Source of the DNA: Promethearchaeota archaeon
GTDB taxonomy: Archaea; Asgardarchaeota; Lokiarchaeia; Sigyniarchaeales; SOKP01
Length of the DNA: 64,000 nucleotides
Direction: 5' to 3'
NCBI GenBank assembly: GCA_008080735.1
Contig: SHMW01000012.1
Span: forward strand, 20,998-84,997
Shown here: piece by piece, positions 57,454 through 64,000 of the stretch
Numbering within the stretch: the first letter of the stretch is position 1
How the letters are laid out: every line of letters starts with the position of its first letter
Position numbers and translations under genes: made by a program
Notes under the pieces: model-generated
The model's input: only the letters and a program-made list of their open reading frames with translations
Databases searched by the model: none
What the model was told of the DNA's origin: nothing

Positions 57454-60255
57454 ATGTTTTTAATTAGAATGATAAAAATGCTTAATATGCATAGAAAAAG
57501 ATTCAAAACTATTTTTGGATTAACATTTTTGCTACTAGTTCTTTTTTCAGCTTTCAGTTGTATATTTTTTCCTACAGAATTCACTGAAACATCTGAAGAT
57601 AAAGATGGATATCAAGATAATGAAAATTTGATTCACACTTCGATTTCAGAAAAATGGAATAATTCATGGGGATCAAGCGAATCGGATATTGCAAGTGATA
57701 TTGTTTTAGACTCTCAAGGAAATGCATATATGATTGGCTCCTCAGATGATCCCTATAATATAAGTATCGTTAAATATGATAATAAAGGCAATGAATTATG
57801 GAGCGAATCATTTGATGGTCCTGCTGGAGGATATGATACGGGTAATGCTATTGCTTTAAGTTCTGATGAAAATTATGTATACATAACAGGTTGGGTTTAT
57901 GGAGGATCTAATTGGCATACTCAATTAGTTAAATATTCAGAAGATGGAATACATCAGTGGAATAGAACATGGGGAGATGATTATTCATATACTACTCAAG
58001 GATATTCAGTTGTCGTAAACTCTACAGGACATGTGTTTGTAGGAGGTAGGAACGGTACATTTAGTGGGTTTATCACATGTTATGATTCACTGGGTAACAA
58101 TATTAAAAATAAAAGTCTCTCTTCACTTGATATCTCCTCCGTTTCTGATATGGTTATAGATTCAGCTGATAATATCTATATAACTCGAGGAAAACCATCG
58201 AACACTGTGATCGCTAAGTATAATTCTCTACTAGAACTACAGTGGAATGAAACTTTCAACCCTGAGAGTATAGATTTTGAAAATTCAAATCCTACAGCTA
58301 TGAGTATTGATACTCAAGATAATATATATATTTCTGGATATGTCTGGAATAATTCAGATTATTATTGGCATGTTATGAAATACAACTCCAGTGGAAATCA
58401 TCTATATAACAAAACAATCATAAAAAATCCTACAGGTGAAGATACTGAAAGATCTGCTAAAGATATTACGATTGATAAAAACGAGAATATTTTTTTAATT
58501 GGAACTTGCAATGGCAGTAATTTTGAATCTGATAAAGATATAATGATTATTAAATGTGATAAGGAGGGTAATTATTTATATAATTGGACTTGGGATAGTG
58601 GAGATATTGATCAAGGAAAAGGTTTAGCTTACGATCCAGATGGTTATATAACCGCTTGTGGTGATCAGAACTCGACTCAAGCAGATCCAGATGGGGAAGA
58701 CTTTGTTATTATAAAATTTTCGTTGATACCTCAAAATTTCTCCTTATCCATAGACAATTTAGCTCCTGGCACTTATGACGAAGATGGCAATATCACCTTA
58801 GATTGGTCTGATAATGATGCTCTTAATGCGGATAATTATACAATATATAACTCTACCTCCTACATTATAGAAATAAATTCCAGTCTTGAGTATAACGCAG
58901 AGGGCATAACCAATACAACATTCTCAATAGAGAATCTTACAGACGGGACATATTATTATAAGGTCCAAGCATTTAACGACTATGGGAATTCCACATCCAA
59001 TTGCATGGAGGTTGTTATCGGGAGAACTCCCGGAGCCTTTTCTGTCTCAGAGAATTCCACCAAACCGTATGATCCCGATGGAATTTTTTGGTTGAATTGG
59101 ACTAGCTCTGAAAATGCTGAAGAGTATGCAATTTATTATGACACTTCTGACATTTCTGATTTTTCCACAGCAATTCTTTATGAGGATGAAATTACCGGAA
59201 CAACAGCAAAGATTAATATGACGACGCTTGGAAATGGGTTATGGTATTTTACCGTGGTTGCGAATAATAGCTTTCAACAAGGGTATTCAGAGACCCAAGC
59301 TGAAAATAACATCAATGTTTCAATAGGAATTCCACCAGAGAATGTGACTCTCTTTTCTGAGGATGCTGAAGAATATGAAGATGGGATTTTCAATCTCAAC
59401 TGGACGAATACTATCTATGCGGATAATTACAGTCTTTATTGGTCCCTCTCCGAGATATCGAACGTCGAGGAATCTGATGTATATTTGTTATATAATGGTA
59501 CCGAGTTAAGTTATTATCTCGATAGAATCTTGGAAGAAGACGACAAATATTATTATTTTTTGGTCGTCTCAGAAAATCAATTCGGAACCAATTCTTCAAA
59601 TTGCCTTAATATCACAGTAGGCTATCCTGGGGAACTACCTGCCTCCTTTAGCCTCTCATCAAATGATGCAGGATCGCCCGATCTAGATGGTGAGTTTACT
59701 TTAAATTGGAGTGGAAGCACTCACGCAGACAATTATACGCTCTATTGGTCGCTTTCTCCCATTACAGATATAAACAATCCCCAAGTGAAGGAATTATACA
59801 GCGGTGAATCACAGAACTATGAAGTGAAAGAATCTATGGGCTTTATGGATGACATATACTACTTTAAGGTAATAGCAGGGAATCAATTTGGTACTACTGA
59901 ATCAAATAGCTTTTCCGTTACTGTAGGGTATCCTGATGACGAAAATGGAGGGTTGCCGTGGTGGCTACAAGCGATCTTTACGGGCATGATAAGTGCTGCC
60001 GCGGGATTAGTAATAAAAATCTCTTATAGTCGATATAAAAAGCGAAAAGAATTATTAGAGGAGATCTCGAGCAAATTAGATAAGATAGACAATATCGAAC
60101 AATTCCTCAAGCAGAGATTAGGCTATGAAGAATGGCAGAAATTGCAGGCGCCTCTCAATGAGTACAAAAAGCAGAAGATAACAGAAAAAGAACTGATAAA
60201 AACGGCGAAGAAAGAATTGGGAGACAGATTCATGGATATTTTCAAAAATAGATAA
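57454..60255 (+). CDS. large cell-surface protein: beta-propeller repeats + four FN3-like repeats + TM + cytoplasmic tail
   Basis: D..GN.YI.G / IVKYD..G...W repeats; four DG.F.LNW...A.NY.LY repeats; many NxS/T sites; true start may be 57478 or 57487. Confidence 0.85.
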   Translation: MFLIRMIKMLNMHRKRFKTIFGLTFLLLVLFSAFSCIFFPTEFTETSEDKDGYQDNENLIHTSISEKWNNSWGSSESDIASDIVLDSQGNAYMIGSSDDPYNISIVKYDNKGNELWSESFDGPAGGYDTGNAIALSSDENYVYITGWVYGGSNWHTQLVKYSEDGIHQWNRTWGDDYSYTTQGYSVVVNSTGHVFVGGRNGTFSGFITCYDSLGNNIKNKSLSSLDISSVSDMVIDSADNIYITRGKPSNTVIAKYNSLLELQWNETFNPESIDFENSNPTAMSIDTQDNIYISGYVWNNSDYYWHVMKYNSSGNHLYNKTIIKNPTGEDTERSAKDITIDKNENIFLIGTCNGSNFESDKDIMIIKCDKEGNYLYNWTWDSGDIDQGKGLAYDPDGYITACGDQNSTQADPDGEDFVIIKFSLIPQNFSLSIDNLAPGTYDEDGNITLDWSDNDALNADNYTIYNSTSYIIEINSSLEYNAEGITNTTFSIENLTDGTYYYKVQAFNDYGNSTSNCMEVVIGRTPGAFSVSENSTKPYDPDGIFWLNWTSSENAEEYAIYYDTSDISDFSTAILYEDEITGTTAKINMTTLGNGLWYFTVVANNSFQQGYSETQAENNINVSIGIPPENVTLFSEDAEEYEDGIFNLNWTNTIYADNYSLYWSLSEISNVEESDVYLLYNGTELSYYLDRILEEDDKYYYFLVVSENQFGTNSSNCLNITVGYPGELPASFSLSSNDAGSPDLDGEFTLNWSGSTHADNYTLYWSLSPITDINNPQVKELYSGESQNYEVKESMGFMDDIYYFKVIAGNQFGTTESNSFSVTVGYPDDENGGLPWWLQAIFTGMISAAAGLVIKISYSRYKKRKELLEEISSKLDKIDNIEQFLKQRLGYEEWQKLQAPLNEYKKQKITEKELIKTAKKELGDRFMDIFKNR

Positions 60256-60437
60256 ACACGATAAGCTTTTTTTTCTTATTTTTTCTTATTATTTTTATTT
60301 AATCTATTTATTTTTTCAGAATTAATTAGGGATTAATAACCCTTTTTGGTTATAATTATTAAAAATTTAAACCCTTCTATCTTTTTTAATCATAGAGCCT
60401 TAGATATCTTCTATCAAAATCGGATTCACATTAAAAA

Positions 60438-61775
60438 ATGGTGCGCCCACCCACAGATTCAAACATCTGTCTACGCTGCAAGGGGGGAAAACTCCTCTGT
60501 GGCAAAAAAGCATGTCCAATTCTTCTTAAAAAATCAGTGCTCAAATCAATTATTCCATTCGATGTGGGTAAATCACTCAAGAATGTAGAATTATTCGGAG
60601 CAAGCCCTCCTGGCTTCTTTGTCGGACGCTATAACTATCCGAAAGTTGCGGTGGGTCCGATGATTCCCTTTTCCGAATTCTCCAAACAAAAATTTTCAAC
60701 GAAAGCCGACCATCATATTCTGGATGCGCCCGAACTCTGGTTTGGTAAAGAGTTGACCGATATCATTCAGTACAGGAGTAATTTGGTACGGAGTAATTTC
60801 AAAGTGAATGTAAAGTTAGGAGAGCAGACCATTAAAAACAAACCCTCGCTAAAAGAACAGAGATTATTGGATCGCTCGCAACTCCTTTCAATGGCGTCTC
60901 AGCCAACCGATACCGAAACACAGTTCGGCAAGCTTAGCCTACGGATGATGCTGGATAACCACTCCTTACCCATGGGACCATCTGGCTATACTGATAAGAT
61001 ACGAATCACTGAAAATGTGAAAGTCCATCCAAAAGTGGATTATTGCGTCGCCGATACCGATCTGAAAGCTCAAGATGCCGTAGCAGAGAAGCTTTACATG
61101 GAAGGAAATGTGTCCTTATCAACGATACAGCGGGTTTTTTCGGCGGGTTTGTTAGGAGAAAAGAAGCGGCGAAAATTGGTACCGACCCGATGGACTATAA
61201 CCGCGGTGGACGATATCATTTCAAAGAAATTGATTGAGGAGATTAAAACTTTCCCCGAAATCAATGAATATCAAATATTTGAGTCAGCTTATTTGGATAA
61301 CCATTTCCGCATTCTGTTATTTCCCGGGAAATTTGCATTCGAAATGAATGAGGTATGGGCTCCCAATTCGTTATGGAATGTCTCACCTGACGGAGAAAGT
61401 CTTAGTGTGAAGCCCCAAATTATGACCGACTATGAATTTTATCGAGGGCGGAAGAATTATGCGAGCAATATTACGGGAGCTTATTATGCGGCGCGAAAAT
61501 CAGTCTGCGAGTATTTGCATAAAATTCGCCGTCAAGCTCGGATCATCATCTTTCGGGAGGTTTCTTCTGGTTATATAGTGCCTCTGGGCGTATGGGTCAT
61601 TCGAGAGACAGTAAAAAATGCATTGGTTGACCCTAAACCCATCGTTCTTGATAATTTTGAAGAGGCAATCTTAAAACTCGGTCAAGGCTTATTAGTAAAC
61701 CAAGAAGAGTGGGAACATAACAGTAAACTGATTAATTTCATTAGAAATCAGAGAACAATTGATGATTTTTTATAA
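60438..61775 (+). CDS. nreA: Nre-family DNA repair protein
   Basis: CxxCKG..LCG..CP, SPP..FVG..YP.V..GP, LVPTRWTITAVD, C-terminal PIP box QRTIDDFL. Confidence 0.92.
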   Translation: MVRPPTDSNICLRCKGGKLLCGKKACPILLKKSVLKSIIPFDVGKSLKNVELFGASPPGFFVGRYNYPKVAVGPMIPFSEFSKQKFSTKADHHILDAPELWFGKELTDIIQYRSNLVRSNFKVNVKLGEQTIKNKPSLKEQRLLDRSQLLSMASQPTDTETQFGKLSLRMMLDNHSLPMGPSGYTDKIRITENVKVHPKVDYCVADTDLKAQDAVAEKLYMEGNVSLSTIQRVFSAGLLGEKKRRKLVPTRWTITAVDDIISKKLIEEIKTFPEINEYQIFESAYLDNHFRILLFPGKFAFEMNEVWAPNSLWNVSPDGESLSVKPQIMTDYEFYRGRKNYASNITGAYYAARKSVCEYLHKIRRQARIIIFREVSSGYIVPLGVWVIRETVKNALVDPKPIVLDNFEEAILKLGQGLLVNQEEWEHNSKLINFIRNQRTIDDFL

Positions 61776-61859
61776 TATTACTATAACTGGATGGAAATAA
61801 ACAATTGAACATTCTAAATCTCTAAATAAAAAAAAAAATTTATAATAATAATAATAAAA

Positions 61860-62699
61860 TCAAATTTGGTGTTTTCGCTTTATGAGAATAATTGTTCCAA
61901 CGATTGATAATGCTGCTATTCCAAGGAATATAGGAATTTCATAACCGGGAATCCCCCCATTCTGAACTTCAAATTTGTAAACAGTTTTGCCATTCTCATT
62001 GACTATTTCATAGCTAGTCAGAACTCCGTTTTCATCATAGGACCAAGTTTCTACACAATCTGCTGAGAAATACATGTTGGTATAGATATATTCTCCATCC
62101 CATGCATTGTGTACTATTTTTCTGCCTGGAGTAGTCCAATTCTCTCTCCAAATCAGATTTTCGTCATCAAGATATTCTGCTGGCTGTGATGGTAATTTTC
62201 CAAGAAAATATCCCACATTTCCATTTAAATCATATGCGGATTTTAAATATGTCAAATTGCCAGGATTCTCTTGTTCATAGCTCGTTAAATTTAGGGGATT
62301 TTTCAGCACGTACTGAATATTTATACCTCCAGTGGGTGTTACTGGAAATGAGCCCGTAGTCCAATTCCATATTTGCATAGAAATATTACAGATAGGCCAA
62401 TCACCACCTGAATCTTTGAAATAGTCTGTCTTATTTATCTTAATCACAACAGATTTCTGTTTTGCATTTAGGATGTGGGAATTTTGCCCGTAAAGATATT
62501 GTATATGAGTTGACCAATTTTCACCTAGAACATCTTTGAGACCATTTTCGTCAACGACCGTTACTTCTGAAACTTTAGTATATCCAACAGAAATATTTGG
62601 ACAATCATAAATAGTTGCTCTGACTTGTATTAAAGGAGTGAAAAAAGCTAACCCAAACAATAAAAGAAATCCAATTAATACAATCTGCTTGTTTTTCAT
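61860..62699 (-). CDS. secreted protein with Loki-CTERM-like C-terminal anchor
   Basis: Signal peptide; IPGY + TM + KRK tail. Confidence 0.8.
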   Translation of the reverse strand: MKNKQIVLIGFLLLFGLAFFTPLIQVRATIYDCPNISVGYTKVSEVTVVDENGLKDVLGENWSTHIQYLYGQNSHILNAKQKSVVIKINKTDYFKDSGGDWPICNISMQIWNWTTGSFPVTPTGGINIQYVLKNPLNLTSYEQENPGNLTYLKSAYDLNGNVGYFLGKLPSQPAEYLDDENLIWRENWTTPGRKIVHNAWDGEYIYTNMYFSADCVETWSYDENGVLTSYEIVNENGKTVYKFEVQNGGIPGYEIPIFLGIAALSIVGTIILIKRKHQI

Positions 62700-63069
62700 A
62701 ATTTGTACTCAATTTTTTTATATGTTTTTGAATTTCTAACAAAAATGTATAGTAGATGTGTTTTTTGAATATTTAAAACTATCTAATTAGTATGATTTTT
62801 TCATTCAAATGTTTACAATACTCCTATAGAATCACAAGGATTAGACGTTTCGTCTCTATATGGAGTATTAAACGATATTGCTGAGTTGCTTATTAATTTC
62901 TTAGCAGAACTATGTTAATAAGTGATGGAGATATAGTTTTTAAAATTCCATAATTCGTGAACACAATCTTTTTAAGAACAGATGAGTAAATATTATTGTT
63001 TACCAAAATTTACACTAAATCAATTTTAAACCTATAAAATACAAATTAAAGTGTAAGAGGGAAAAAATC

Positions 63070-64000
63070 GTGAAAAACAAAACTGAAACGAGACAAGACG
63101 CAATGATAGAACTCGATGGTGTTCCTTCCGCAGAGGAGCAACCGCTTGTATTTATGCCTCGATTTAAACAACCCATAAGTGGTCTTCTCGCCCTCATCTT
63201 CGTTGGGATCTTATCGCTAGTTACGTGGTGGATCTTTTTTGACTCCCGTTGGCATGATCCTCGTATAGTACATTACGCCTCATTAATCGGTGGATTTGGG
63301 CTTCTGGGTGTGGTTTGGGCTATATGGTTCGAAAACTGGCCTTATTACAAAAAATTTAAAAAACCTTGGATGATTGGAATTTTAGGAACGGCGATTAATT
63401 TTGCTATAGCATTCTTATTCACATTTGTTTTACTTCCAGTATTCAATATGTTTTATCCCCCTTCAGTTCAAAATCCAGATCCTTATTTATCGTGGTATAT
63501 TGGAGCATCCATATTTGGATCCTTAAGCGGTTCAGGGTTCTCATTTGCCGTCTTAATTCTGGCTGGTTCAATGTATTGGCCAGTATTTAAGCTAAAGCAA
63601 CCAAAACGCGGAATTATCCTATGGATCATGGGAGCAATCATCACAATTTTTGTTTGGTCAATATTGTTCTACCCCGCGGGTAATCCTGAGGCAGCGGGTG
63701 AAGCCACTGTCGTATTCAGACAATATGCATATTCATTAGGGTGGACCCAATGGTTGATCTTTTTCTCCTTATTGACTCAATTAGTTTATGAATATTGGCC
63801 ATGGAGTTCTCTAGCTACTAAGCAACCATATATTGGAATACTATGCTTTCTATTTTGTGCTATAGCAGGCTATATTATGTCTATGATATTCCCCTTCATT
63901 ATTGGAGCTGTATTTGATCCTATCTTTTTAGCTGCTGGGGGTGATATAGTTGACGAAATTGTTCAATTCAAAGGATGGTATGTAATGTCAATTTCATATG
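63070..64000 (+). CDS. polytopic membrane protein, possible permease (partial, runs off the window)
   Basis: GTG at 63070; many TM helices with repeated WP-x(4-6)-(K/Q)P-xx-G motifs. Confidence 0.75.
   Translation, partial: MKNKTETRQDAMIELDGVPSAEEQPLVFMPRFKQPISGLLALIFVGILSLVTWWIFFDSRWHDPRIVHYASLIGGFGLLGVVWAIWFENWPYYKKFKKPWMIGILGTAINFAIAFLFTFVLLPVFNMFYPPSVQNPDPYLSWYIGASIFGSLSGSGFSFAVLILAGSMYWPVFKLKQPKRGIILWIMGAIITIFVWSILFYPAGNPEAAGEATVVFRQYAYSLGWTQWLIFFSLLTQLVYEYWPWSSLATKQPYIGILCFLFCAIAGYIMSMIFPFIIGAVFDPIFLAAGGDIVDEIVQFKGWYVMSISY

Noticed and set aside
58720-59940. Repeated sequence blocks resembling an array
   Set aside because: They are degenerate protein-level FN3-like repeats, not CRISPR repeats
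268-63197. Many 60-140 aa ORFs antisense to or nested in long genes (e.g. 268, 616, 12586, 42881, 51529, 60346, 63015)
   Set aside because: Shadow frames of well-supported genes, with no recognisable motifs

Overview
AT-rich archaeal chromosome segment, most likely Asgard archaea (Lokiarchaeia/Promethearchaeota). The assignment rests on a roadblock-Rab-like GTPase fusion, 7TM-longin proteins, a gelsolin-domain protein, an SDS22-like LRR protein, Loki-CTERM-like anchors, NreA with a PIP box and archaeal TATA/SD signals. Ordinary content includes a prenyl synthase, GH38, a PAS kinase, SWIM+SNF2, hisB, a DNA methylase, cimA, tRNA-Leu(CAG), a P1B ATPase and a large tungstate/molybdopterin cluster. 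Signals the ORF track misses: (1) a probable new selenoprotein, with an in-frame UGA in an ATA-initiated N-terminal extension and a eukaryote-like SECIS hairpin just after the stop; (2) a Mo/W regulon marked by four ModE-like palindromes, covering surface sulfite-oxidase-fold proteins, a DOMON-like protein and an ECF transporter (candidate pterin-cofactor salvage system); (3) an Ile-rich leader peptide and U-tract upstream of cimA (candidate archaeal attenuator); (4) a candidate -1 programmed frameshift fusing MoxR to its VWA partner; (5) repeated use of ATA start codons. No CRISPR array, rRNA or mobile element was seen. All family calls come from motif recognition by eye, not database searches.
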